Below are positions 42,401-50,835 of a stretch of DNA of 64,000 nucleotides, piece after piece. The DNA is taken from IMG/VR virus record IMGVR_UViG_3300027822_000002. One strand, written 5' to 3'. Position 1 is the stretch's first letter; each line of letters starts with the position of its first letter. This stretch comes from a virus. The position numbers and the translations under genes are program-made. The notes beneath the pieces are model-generated. The model ran no database searches and had not been told where the DNA came from. It worked only from the letters and a program-made list of their open reading frames with translations.

Positions 42401-43090
42401 AAATATGGGGATGGCCTTAGTTGTCGATCCGGCTGCCCTAGACATGACCTTACCAACACCGGGGGCAGCCACATTAATCAAACTTTCTAATGCAGCCTGT
42501 CCACTGGCAGCTGCTGCGGCATCTCCAAGTCTTACGTCCTCAAGAGAAACGCCGTTCTCTTGCATTTGCCTCTCAACATTACCACCAACAAAAAATGGGA
42601 ACGTGAAGAGAGCGCCACCAGCAGCACCGGCAACAGCAGCGGGAATAGCAGCAGGAGCAGCAGCAACAGCCGCACCACCAGCACCCAATGTACCAAGAAG
42701 ATAGGGAGCACTTTGAGCCGCCCCTTCGTAGAGATAGGATGCGGCCTCTCCGACAGAACCAACATCTTTATACGAAGTTACAGTCGGTTGAAATCCGGAT
42801 GCAGCCAAGCGATTAGCTTCAGCAGATTCCATTAAGCTCTTTTCAGTGTCAGCTAGCCCAAGACGGTTAGCGGCTGCTCCCAAGGCTGTTTGGAAGTCAG
42901 CTTGCATCCTATCAATGCCAGCAGCGAAAGGCCCTTGCTCGGGCACTTGAGGTTCGACAGGAGGTTGTTCAACCGGTTCTTCCTGTAAGCCCATTAGAGC
43001 TTGAGCAGTATCAGGTCTGAATTTTTCGAAGACACCCTGATTACTAACGATGTCCTGCAATTGAGATTGAGAAAGCTTAGAGAGGTCCAT
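36500..43090 (-). CDS. 2196 aa multi-domain virion/ejection protein
   Basis: N-terminal Gly/Ala-rich TM region. HEALH zincin motif (aa 753-757). ART H-Y-E signature FHGTKG...YGWYGEGHYF (aa 1009-1040) plus a degenerate repeat of it. Confidence 0.8.
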   Translation of the reverse strand: MDLSKLSQSQLQDIVSNQGVFEKFRPDTAQALMGLQEEPVEQPPVEPQVPEQGPFAAGIDRMQADFQTALGAAANRLGLADTEKSLMESAEANRLAASGFQPTVTSYKDVGSVGEAASYLYEGAAQSAPYLLGTLGAGGAAVAAAPAAIPAAVAGAAGGALFTFPFFVGGNVERQMQENGVSLEDVRLGDAAAAASGQAALESLINVAAPGVGKVMSRAAGSTTKAIPIFAKNAVTSGAIEGFTEAGQQALEIVQADPEKLFELSPEVADELINSAILGAALGGAVGGTLGGSQDFFKARNRAREEKEFTKRGQREALSLGKTIEEIQTQDRTATLDNVPTDELVLSLSDESLDRADPLDPDQRAPQESVKIVADRGQFSYGERGEDAGTRKEVRRPSKGFIVVGEETGNQYRAGFKTEKEANDWVENTQELDRRVKSSKAAGQLETRGEFDEAKAVIESSDISPDFRQALLRRNERKRSLYSSTIEPLNKKIEAIEEKDSKTEKDKERLRELRTIRRTSQKNINKSVAIKGRDFSFEEPTNFNEETIKKQLLHPDTAGKVFHAKEIYKKGAEPTFRIIDLKTGKKRGKPMSREQAEVLVNDLRKKKPDREFEIEQASEGEFGFAVVEESFDAFGNKLSETVDQTFPTMEEAIRYRRTLQDEIGPDIDLAPAKSIDESREIVGKVNKLLADFNLDDKVKVKFQSFIQDRRANIVARGETYTDPNLGVMMRLATEMPAAVGDKEAIDTIISTAKHEALHAMKMMNLISTKEWGQLVEAARRMPMQGYKDLSFMDGAELQYKDTYRGRDNYQTLIDEEAVAALFEEYGRRPERFKARPAQRNVFRKILDFFRKLLPISQDQRAGEVFGLIESGQVGARSPAIAGAGTRFSGVRFDPNTGDALDEEGNVLSQAEYDAIIDDYYNTANTEQDYADAAIGQAIAQDSIEDLEADRPDTFGDEKSRERKGFLIDGVFIEPVITRTKPPQENWIEFIKWFDGSYVITPDGDPLVMFHGTKGQEFDQFEVSPDRKIDYGWYGEGHYFTPSPTTASSYATPYDSPEVGGAFAEQNRIIPTMLSIKNPFIVSNLDAANLMSLVRRRHPEKSDRAVELVQNTAPDPKFEYDDFNQKRNISVKAATKLLKELGYDGVIAQTMDRQADEIVAFYPHQIKSIFNQFDPGTAADARFSGYAIRTGTDIKEFTEWFEGSQVVDGNGLPLDIGGEYLSIKNPFLAAAGQETTKEEIGGAGFDGVAYPDGKWIALDPEKQSKRIFSQAPLNRLSGYRLPDYDAGPIAEVAARALAPEGELGFRGSINRLMRGLIGADDLDPQMDLTTKEGRQALSNVMVRNIAHKQMGAFKEDRALQAALGNSGIPMAKDSAGKMLELATQMAGRIQAIIEKGGLKYDEEGNITIDEDAPSLAEVFEEINPQTAHEFNGRQITEDQLFQIYGIARREKSHRENNAGAKLFKISNEKINEVLAAAPQKFERAFEKYQKLNSNIIDFAVESEVISREKADELLNFDYIPFYRKLEVDVENQAYIGATWSNKFLQSLNNPNPFSIELLGGDQPLDNDPIDMIRKNIEGIVRASLSNRALKQVATTLDALNDQAGTRDLYGSKVRRSADEKGGSIMTFRRGNEEIKYKIKDNDLWVAITSMNKTQVSSFINLLSKPAAILRQGITHSPAFMLANLWRGHIDAYVKHKIPPVRSFIKTLGYLSDVYRGTDEVMAFKANTGMGGFDVGNVNRGALSDLSAFSKKMKRGMRKEARRRGEYAGGASRAFFDGLSGMWDGLTKIGEATELAQRLAVSTYLQEAGTPKLEADYQGMNIINYSRRGSGGTGIPMVLMNLIPMIPFLNARIQGLYRLMENEKSGNTLGVAHGLMTKGLLLAGIHSAIYGISQLDDRWDEERLDRKLNYDIFYVGDKTFYLPRSFEIGAAFGAMPVLALDAMRTGETDDLGKGTISILANTFQLNPIPQAAKPIIEALTNFDMFLGRPIENQAARRLAPGLRSTPSTTDVAKMVGEATGTSPLMLEHLAQGYGGSMSMMLLAFADSVIQMTGTVPSKPAGLFGDASVIGGQAWMGQIAGLSRFVRADDERGTRFAEDFYEMKEEITELHMTIKELTTRGRVQEAQKLIEENRGKLMLRKRIDRTSRQLSQINKQINKVRADPNMNATQKRSLLSKYKKQKMDLMRVITNATNEVLFQ

Positions 43091-43107
43091 AACCCTATTA
43101 TGCCATA

Positions 43108-44556
43108 TTATTTAAGGGCTTGAGCCGCTCCTGCCGCAAGATTGGTTGGCTGAGCCATAAAGTTGAATTGCCTTAATAGCTCATCAATACCCTTCATCTC
43201 AGCAAGGATTTTTGTGCTTTGTCTCTGCTTTTCTTCGGGAGCTAGGCTGATGTTCTCTGAGATGTCATTCAAAGCGCTTCGTAAGTCGGTTTTTGCCTTC
43301 ATCAGGGAAGTATAATTTTTCACTGCGTTGTCAACAGTTTTTGACCCAGCTCCAGATGCCTTGAGTTTAGCCTTAAGGGCTTCTCCTTGAAGCTTAACAC
43401 GCTGTTCCTCAAGCCCCACCCTGTAGATATTGATGGCATCGTTGAACTTGCCGCTTCTATATGCCTCTCGTGCAGCAGCTCTTCTTTCCTGAGCGTTAAC
43501 AAGACTTTTGGAAAATTCTCGTTGAGAAGCAGTCACTGATTTGAAAGACGGAAGAGAAGCCGCGGCTCCCCTACTGATATTTGTCAGGGCATTGCTGTTG
43601 GTTCCGGCGGCAATGTTAAAGCCAAGAGAAGCAAGAGCAATGCCCTTATCTCTCTCCATCATTTCTTCATTCCGATTTGTCATATCTTGAATGATACGAT
43701 CATATTCAAGAGACGCATCCCCTCTATCAGAGGAGATACCCTTTAACTCAGAAAGTGCCTGAGTGAAGTAGTCAGTTGCCGTGGGGGCTGGAGTTGGGAT
43801 GATGGAGGTTGGCCCCTGTGGGTCAGAAATTGGAGGTTCTCTAAATGCATCCGGATGCCTACCCGGCAGGGGTGGCAGGGTTGCAATTCCACTGGGGGTG
43901 TCGGCCTGTGCTCTTATTGTTGTTTGAGCTGGGGGAGTTTGTGCAAAGTTAAGAGCCTCAGAAACAGCTCTATTAGCTTTTTGTACATTGCGAGGCATAT
44001 TGAGTGGGCTGTCATACAAGATGCTGCCCAATCCAGAAGCAGCGCTACCAAGTCCCTGAGCTGCTTTGGCTGGGTAGTATTGCCAACGAGGAGTGGCTTT
44101 AGGATCAAGGTACTGATCCAGAAATCCTCCGGCTCCTCCAGTTGTCTGTCTTCCGATCTGTGCTGGATGTCTGCTGTTTAACATATCCCAAGGGATACCA
44201 CCGCCATTAGCATAACCAACTGGGCCGCCCTGAGCAAAATTAACCGGTGGTATACCGGCATTCTGCGGAGCTTGGCCTTGAGGAATAGTGGGTAGGCCAC
44301 CGTTCATTGGGGTTGGGGCCTTTGGCATTCCAGATGGGAATGTACTATCTGGAAGAGACGGTGTTTGATTTAGAACGTCATCTAGAACAGAGGTTTGCGG
44401 GGCTTGCCCTGAAAACTCTTTACGCATTTCCGAACGTCTATCCAGCTCCGCCATAACGAGAAACGGCGGAACTTCCCCACTAGGACTACGCATCTGTTGA
44501 TCAAGTTGATCATCAGAGAAATTCTTTAGAAGGTCGTGAGCTTTGAATAGGTTCAT
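43108..44556 (-). CDS. internal virion/ejection protein (Q/A/P-rich)
   Basis: Composition, and position between the fibers and the giant protein. Confidence 0.5.
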   Translation of the reverse strand: MNLFKAHDLLKNFSDDQLDQQMRSPSGEVPPFLVMAELDRRSEMRKEFSGQAPQTSVLDDVLNQTPSLPDSTFPSGMPKAPTPMNGGLPTIPQGQAPQNAGIPPVNFAQGGPVGYANGGGIPWDMLNSRHPAQIGRQTTGGAGGFLDQYLDPKATPRWQYYPAKAAQGLGSAASGLGSILYDSPLNMPRNVQKANRAVSEALNFAQTPPAQTTIRAQADTPSGIATLPPLPGRHPDAFREPPISDPQGPTSIIPTPAPTATDYFTQALSELKGISSDRGDASLEYDRIIQDMTNRNEEMMERDKGIALASLGFNIAAGTNSNALTNISRGAAASLPSFKSVTASQREFSKSLVNAQERRAAAREAYRSGKFNDAINIYRVGLEEQRVKLQGEALKAKLKASGAGSKTVDNAVKNYTSLMKAKTDLRSALNDISENISLAPEEKQRQSTKILAEMKGIDELLRQFNFMAQPTNLAAGAAQALK

Positions 44557-45857
44557 CCTAGTAATCCAGCTTGGCTAAGTCCACCTAGGCCCAATCCCAA
44601 ACCAGCTAATTGACTAACGAAGTTAGGATTGTTCTGAGTGGTTACTGTTGAATTTGGACTAATCGGGACGCCCTGAAGGATTGAGCTGAGGAACTGCAAC
44701 TGGCCCCTCTCATAATCACGCTGAGAGATGAAGTCTCCATATCCGATATCTGCAACTTGCTGATTAAAGGCTTGCTGCATGAGACCGGCATCATTAAGAT
44801 TACTCAACCTCTGATATGCTAATTCCTGTGTTAGCCTTCCGAGATCACCCAACTGTCCAGCACCAGCCAGACCAAGCCTTGCAGCCTCCTGTTCTAATTG
44901 CGCTGCATACTGCCTCGATGCTTCAGTCGCCTTATTGGCCTCTAAAGCCTGTTGATCATAAAAACGAGAGGATGCGTCTGCCAGTTCTTGAGTTCTTAAC
45001 CCTTGGGCATCAGCGAACTGATTAGCTACATCCTGATACTGGGTTCCCTGTTGACCCAGTTGCTCAAAGAACTGTCTTGATTGATCTTCAGCCGCTGTTC
45101 TTGCCAGTCCTTGCTGTGCTCCGAATTGACGCGAGGCATCACTAAGTTGTTGAACCTGAAGACCTCTGTTTTCATCTACGTTGAACTGCTCTCGTGCCTG
45201 AATATAAGCATTCTGGAGGGCCTGAGCTTCTGTGTCTCTTTGCTGTTCTCTAAATGTTCTTTGGTTAACAGCGTCTTCAACGAAGCGCCTAGACCCCCCG
45301 AACGCCCCTGCACGTACAGCGTCAGCTTGAGTTTGTTCCCTTAACTGCTGATAGTTTTCTGTTTCCCTGCGTTGCAATCTATCTAATACAGACTCAACAT
45401 ATGGATTCATATATTGCTCAGCTTGAGCAGCTCCGAATCTGTCTGCGGTAAATACCGTTGGATCATACAGGCCAGCCTGACCGTAACTTGTAGGGTCATA
45501 TTGGGTTTGGTATGTTTGGGGATCGTAGGCGGTAGAGAAACCGGTTGGAGAGTATGTGCTTCCAAATAATGCTGGATTGTATTGTCCAGAACCGAAAGCA
45601 GCTTCAGTCCCAAATGCAGTTGCAGCAGCAGCGCTATCAACGGTTGGGTTGCCGTAAGCTGACAAGTCTCTTGTACCTGCAAAATACGCATTGGACTCTG
45701 GCGTGAAGTCTGCAAGGCGTTGCCCCCCGTATGGAACATACGGAGTATTTGAGGTGGCTTCAGCTCTCTCAGCTAACCTTTCATAGTATGGCTGAGCATA
45801 TTCTGGTAGGTTAGTTTGAGTGACTGTACTATCTTGGCTTCCGCCGCCGCCGGCCAT
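44553..45857 (-). CDS. Q-rich coiled-coil internal virion protein
   Basis: Repetitive Q/A coiled coil. Confidence 0.5.
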   Translation of the reverse strand: MAGGGGSQDSTVTQTNLPEYAQPYYERLAERAEATSNTPYVPYGGQRLADFTPESNAYFAGTRDLSAYGNPTVDSAAAATAFGTEAAFGSGQYNPALFGSTYSPTGFSTAYDPQTYQTQYDPTSYGQAGLYDPTVFTADRFGAAQAEQYMNPYVESVLDRLQRRETENYQQLREQTQADAVRAGAFGGSRRFVEDAVNQRTFREQQRDTEAQALQNAYIQAREQFNVDENRGLQVQQLSDASRQFGAQQGLARTAAEDQSRQFFEQLGQQGTQYQDVANQFADAQGLRTQELADASSRFYDQQALEANKATEASRQYAAQLEQEAARLGLAGAGQLGDLGRLTQELAYQRLSNLNDAGLMQQAFNQQVADIGYGDFISQRDYERGQLQFLSSILQGVPISPNSTVTTQNNPNFVSQLAGLGLGLGGLSQAGLLG

Positions 45858-46267
45858 TAAATTTCCCTTTCAATAACGGTGTAGGCAACCTTAAAGCCGT
45901 ACTTCTGACCAAGTTTAACCCAACCCCGTCTTCCTCCACATTCAATATGAGTACATTTATGAACTTGACCCCAACCCCTCATCTTTATGAACATCTCCTC
46001 CATCCATTCCTTAAACCGACTACCAGCCAGCAATTCTACGTAAAGAGACCTTCTTTCAACATAGTTTACAATTCTGACTGTAAATACTGCAAGTATTTTC
46101 TTTTCGTGTAGAACTACCCATAAACTTATTCTATCATTCAAAAGCTCATCCAACACGGAAATATTGCTAAATCTTCCACCTGAGATCTTTGTTGCCCTCT
46201 CAAGTATCGGAGTTATTTCTCCCCAAGTTTCGTTTAGCCTTTCGCGAGGAACTAGAGATATTTCCAT
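45857..46267 (-). CDS. small structural-module protein
   Basis: ORF. Confidence 0.45.
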   Translation of the reverse strand: MEISLVPRERLNETWGEITPILERATKISGGRFSNISVLDELLNDRISLWVVLHEKKILAVFTVRIVNYVERRSLYVELLAGSRFKEWMEEMFIKMRGWGQVHKCTHIECGGRRGWVKLGQKYGFKVAYTVIEREI

Positions 46268-48342
46268 TATACTGTTCCAAATTTAGGCGGTGATGCGGGG
46301 CTCCCTGTCTTTGCTTGTCTAATTTGCCCCATCATTTGATCTATTGCTGCAATGCCAGCATTAGTGTCTCCATCTCCTACATGTGAGACAACATCACTTG
46401 GTACTACATATTCTCCTGAAGACAGGCGCGCCGGTTCACGCCCATCGATGGTCGCAGGAATGCTGTCAGACACCCCGCTACCGGGGCCTATGACCCCCCC
46501 ACCTTGACTTTCTGGAGATTCCATGCCAGAAAATGTGTCCATAAAATCGTCAAATGCTTCATCACCAAGAACCAGCCTAAGCATCTCAAGGTCCATTTGA
46601 GGATTCTCAGTCTGTCCTTGAATAGCCAGCAATGCTCTTTGCATGAGTTTGTCAACTGTCTCAGGTGCAACATCTTGAGGCTGTGCAAGCTGATCGGTCT
46701 GAGTGACTGGACCACCTTCCGCAAATCCACGAACTTGCCTAATTGAAACAAACTCAGGATCAAGACCCGGTCGATAATCCGGGGGGATATCAGCCGTTTC
46801 AAATTCCGCAAATGCCTCTTCTTCACCACGCCCAGAACTTCTTCGCCGTGTACTGCCACCATCATCCTGAAAAGCTTGACCAAGTAACGCTACACCGCCT
46901 ACTGTCAGGAGTGGGTTTTCTTTAGCGAATGTTCCAACCTTTTTCAAAGCGCTTTGAGGATCTAAAATATCTCCTTGCGGGGCTTGAACATCTCCGGGTA
47001 CATTTCCTAAATTGGAGGTGCTATCTAGATTTGTTAAGTCTGGGCTAGCCAAATCACCAACATCAGCTCCAGCAAAGTCTTGTCCAAGAGTAGTGTCCGT
47101 AGCAAATGGATCACTAAACTGTGGTCTGCCAAAATTTGTGACTTCTGCTTCAAATGGAGAGATGTTGCCGGGAACGCCTTGTGGGCTTGTTACATTTTGA
47201 GGCGCGAATCCCAGAGGTTGAGATGTCACCCCTTGAGGAGTTACAGAATCTCCGAAAACTCCCGGCAATCTACTGTCTGTAATTGGCTTAAAGCTTTCAG
47301 GGGGAGTTATCTGTAAATCGGTTGGAACCCTAGGACCGAACGGTGAGGTTTGTGACCCAAAGGGATCAACAAGATTTTCTGGCGTGGCAACTGAAATATT
47401 ACCACCAACATCTATTGTACCGGGGCTTACTTGCTGCTGAAGGGATGGATCAAATATAGGATTGGTCGAACCTAGCGGCCCTTGAATGGGGTCTACTGCT
47501 CTTGGTCCAAGATTTTGTGGGAGGATTCTATCTTGGAACTTAAAATTAGTGAAGCTGTCAAGACCCTCGCCAACTTCGCCAGAAATATCTGGCAACGGTT
47601 CAAAACTTTGAGGTGGCTGCAACGGAGTTGGCTCCGGAACTGGAGGAGCATTTAACAGAGTATCGGTGAAGTTAGGGGGTAGTGATTCTCCACCCAATGG
47701 GGGAACATTTCCTGCCGTCAGAGATGGGTCTAGGGCTGGAGGTGGTTGCAAGGCCGGAAGCGGCTGAGCACCGGGAAGATTGCCTGCAATGTTGGATTGA
47801 ATACCCTCTAACGAAGGTGGCGTTATTCCTTGCAATCCACCCACATTGGAGCTAACAGTTTGAAGACCTGTTGCGGGGTTTATCGGGGCTGCTTGAGATA
47901 TGGGAGCTGCGGGTTGCAACGCTGCTTCAGGTAAGGTGGAGAGTTCCGGCAAGCCAGCAGTGAGTTCTGGTAGAGCGCTAGCGCCAGCTACTTCAGGTAG
48001 TGCAGCAGCACCAGCAACCTCAGGCAATGCTGCCCCAGCCACCTCAGGCAGTACCGCTGTAGATGCTGCAAGTTCTGGGATAGCCCCAGCGGCTAGCGGT
48101 CCAGTTGCAGCTAGTGGAGCTGTAGTTGCTGGTAGCCCGGCAAGCCCAGCTCCTAGTGTGCTGCCAGCAAGGGGGGCTGTAGTTGCGGCAGTTAACGCCG
48201 GCGCTCCTAAACCAGCCAATCCCGCTCCGCCTGCTAGGGGGGCTGCGGTCGCAGTAATAGCTGGTAGAGCGGCAGCTGTTCCAGCTCCGGCTGCGCCCGC
48301 TGCTGCCGGTAGGGCTGCTGCTGCTATTGGTGCTCCGGGCAT
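46267..48342 (-). CDS. internal virion protein with N-terminal Ala/Pro-rich tandem repeats (ALPEVAGAA)
   Basis: 27 nt imperfect tandem repeats at about 47940-48110. Confidence 0.5.
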   Translation of the reverse strand: MPGAPIAAAALPAAAGAAGAGTAAALPAITATAAPLAGGAGLAGLGAPALTAATTAPLAGSTLGAGLAGLPATTAPLAATGPLAAGAIPELAASTAVLPEVAGAALPEVAGAAALPEVAGASALPELTAGLPELSTLPEAALQPAAPISQAAPINPATGLQTVSSNVGGLQGITPPSLEGIQSNIAGNLPGAQPLPALQPPPALDPSLTAGNVPPLGGESLPPNFTDTLLNAPPVPEPTPLQPPQSFEPLPDISGEVGEGLDSFTNFKFQDRILPQNLGPRAVDPIQGPLGSTNPIFDPSLQQQVSPGTIDVGGNISVATPENLVDPFGSQTSPFGPRVPTDLQITPPESFKPITDSRLPGVFGDSVTPQGVTSQPLGFAPQNVTSPQGVPGNISPFEAEVTNFGRPQFSDPFATDTTLGQDFAGADVGDLASPDLTNLDSTSNLGNVPGDVQAPQGDILDPQSALKKVGTFAKENPLLTVGGVALLGQAFQDDGGSTRRRSSGRGEEEAFAEFETADIPPDYRPGLDPEFVSIRQVRGFAEGGPVTQTDQLAQPQDVAPETVDKLMQRALLAIQGQTENPQMDLEMLRLVLGDEAFDDFMDTFSGMESPESQGGGVIGPGSGVSDSIPATIDGREPARLSSGEYVVPSDVVSHVGDGDTNAGIAAIDQMMGQIRQAKTGSPASPPKFGTV

Positions 48343-48660
48343 TAGTTTTTCCTTGTATTCACGGGGTTGATACTGTTACAGTTCCGACTTGTCCAGTTCC
48401 AAAACTTCCTTGAGTGTAAGTAACACCGGCCAAAACTACCTTGAGGACACCATCATCGCCATAGAATATTGTGCCCACCTCCTTATTATACGCGTTTCCC
48501 GCTATTTGCGTTATTACAAGCTCTGTATTTCTACCTATGCCGGGGTTTCTAAAGATATTGAATTGTAGTTCAACTATTCTAATGACCTCATTTATATAGC
48601 TTTGGCTATATTCAACAGGGGCGCGAGGTAATCTAGCTGTGATGGCGGCAGGAAAATCCA

Positions 48661-50835
48661 TCATGATTTTCCACCATCTGGCCTAATCCTCAACCTTGGA
48701 GAGCCAACTCTCCAACCAGTGCCAAGCTCCGCACTATCTACTTTAAAGATCATAGACCTACCCCTAACCCTAACATGGAGAAGGTTAGTATATTGCTCGA
48801 TGGGAGAAGTTGCTGTCCTTGCAGCAATTTCCGGATCAGTCTCTGAATAAGATTCACCCGGCCAATCTTGTGAGATCACAGAGAATGTTGCTGTTGGGTT
48901 AGCATTCGTGGATGATCTAAAGGTCACGTCGGGTATGATTTTGTCGGCAAAAATAAACTCATCTCCATCGCCAATTTCCAGTGGAGATGACAGTATAAAT
49001 GGGGACAACGGCACAGCCGGGGTTTGGGATGTGTCATCAAATCCCGTATCGTGGAAAAAGTAATTGTTGTTCTCATCCACAGCCCTTGGTCTATTACCAA
49101 AACTTGTATCAATCCAAGCAAGCCTTCCAATAGAACCGTAGTACCAAATATTATCTCTGTAGTTGTAAATGACATATCTGTCTGGAAGGGTTGAGGACTC
49201 AGACGGATAAAACCATATCACCTCATGGAATTGTCGATTAGTGCCAGCAACGACATTGAATTCATTATCGAAATTGATATCCAGAAAAACCTTATCCCAG
49301 ACTGTGCAGGGAATAGGTTCAACTGAACCTCTGTAGGAATAGAAATTATCCCTACCCATCCAGTAAGTTGTATCATTTACTGTTACAGAAGCTGCTGGAC
49401 CCCAAATAGATATGTTTGAAGAGACCGGCTTAATGCCGTAGAAGAACGGTGGGCCAATATACTGCATAGATGAGAGAGATGTGTCAGTAAATATTAATAT
49501 TTCTGCTCTTGTCTCTAGCGCCGTTACAAAACGTGAGCCCGTTTGAATGCGGAGTTCCCCAGCAGAGTTTGTAATGTCTGGTACCCAAGTTATCATTCCC
49601 TCAGAATCAGACCATCTTACTAGAAGTCTGTCTTGATCTGAGGACCCTACAGGATTTGTTGCAAATGCTACAACATTTCTGGCATCTGACACCAAGACCT
49701 GAGCTGCTACAGTGGGGACACCACTATCCGCCCCAGAAAGAGTGGAGATTGCAACTGATGCAGTCCCACCGTTTTGATCCCAGAAATACAGAACTCCGTT
49801 ACGAGGACAAGAAACCAAATCTTCGCCAAAGTTATCGTATGTCCAGTATCTTGGTATACCAGTTTGAACACTTGTGGAACCAGCTTCACCCCAACCAGTT
49901 GCGGTTGATTCAAAATATTTGAACGAAACAAAACTACCGCCGCCAGCTACTGTAGAGGTTGCGACTTGAGATGACTTAGCTGTTATTTCGTATGTGTTGG
50001 CAGTTGAGTTTGCAATCAAAAATGAGCCAGTCAAAAACTCCGGATCTATACCACCTATGGCAGCTGCATCGTCAAGAATGACATAATCACCATCTGAGGC
50101 TCCATGAAGGGTGTGATTAACAACAACCGTTCCGCTAGTATTTGTGGTGTCGAGGGGGTTATTAACTGTAGCGCTAAGACGGACTGCACTGCCTCCCCAA
50201 GGTCCTGACCCCCAACCTGTTCCAGACGTTCCTGAAGCCGTTCCGGTGTTAATTTGATATGTAGCAAGAACGCTTGCACCACCACCTGATGCCGTACTTG
50301 TTGCGGCAGTAGTGACTTCAATCTCATATGTATCGGAATCAATAAGAGTGGTTATTTGATGTTCGTCATTTAGTTCTGCTGCCGGGATACCATTAGTCGT
50401 TGCTGCACCAGAGAATGTGACAAAATCATTCATGATGGCACCATGAGAGACGTGAGTTACAGTTACTGTAGTGGAGGTATCTACTGTAGAAAAAGGATTA
50501 GATGCAAGGGCTACATTCTCTGTTCTGTTTGGGGTGATGTCTGTAAAGACTCCACCCTCTTCAGCATACAGTTTTAGGCTTGTGCCAAAAGCGGTTAAAT
50601 CGCTGCCGTCAGTTGTCGTCCAAGAGAATAGATTTCTGCACAATCCCAAGAATGTATTGGATGTTACCTTCTGCCATCCACCAATAGTTTCCGGCTTTCC
50701 ATTTCTGAATCTTATAAGATCACAGTCAAACCACCCGCCCTTATTGGAATAGCTTGTCCAATCTCTATTTATTCCGGGAGCAAAATCTAGCTTGAAATAC
50801 TTCACTAGTCTCTCACCCTGAGTATCCACTTCCAA
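48661..50835 (-). CDS. tail nozzle / tail tubular protein B-like
   Basis: Size, beta-rich composition and weak resemblance to T7 gp12. Confidence 0.4.
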   Translation of the reverse strand: MEVDTQGERLVKYFKLDFAPGINRDWTSYSNKGGWFDCDLIRFRNGKPETIGGWQKVTSNTFLGLCRNLFSWTTTDGSDLTAFGTSLKLYAEEGGVFTDITPNRTENVALASNPFSTVDTSTTVTVTHVSHGAIMNDFVTFSGAATTNGIPAAELNDEHQITTLIDSDTYEIEVTTAATSTASGGGASVLATYQINTGTASGTSGTGWGSGPWGGSAVRLSATVNNPLDTTNTSGTVVVNHTLHGASDGDYVILDDAAAIGGIDPEFLTGSFLIANSTANTYEITAKSSQVATSTVAGGGSFVSFKYFESTATGWGEAGSTSVQTGIPRYWTYDNFGEDLVSCPRNGVLYFWDQNGGTASVAISTLSGADSGVPTVAAQVLVSDARNVVAFATNPVGSSDQDRLLVRWSDSEGMITWVPDITNSAGELRIQTGSRFVTALETRAEILIFTDTSLSSMQYIGPPFFYGIKPVSSNISIWGPAASVTVNDTTYWMGRDNFYSYRGSVEPIPCTVWDKVFLDINFDNEFNVVAGTNRQFHEVIWFYPSESSTLPDRYVIYNYRDNIWYYGSIGRLAWIDTSFGNRPRAVDENNNYFFHDTGFDDTSQTPAVPLSPFILSSPLEIGDGDEFIFADKIIPDVTFRSSTNANPTATFSVISQDWPGESYSETDPEIAARTATSPIEQYTNLLHVRVRGRSMIFKVDSAELGTGWRVGSPRLRIRPDGGKS

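Noticed and set aside
47900-48370. Ala-rich plus-strand ORF (156 aa)
   Set aside because: It is antisense to the Ala/Pro-repeat region of the 691 aa structural protein; low-complexity artefact.
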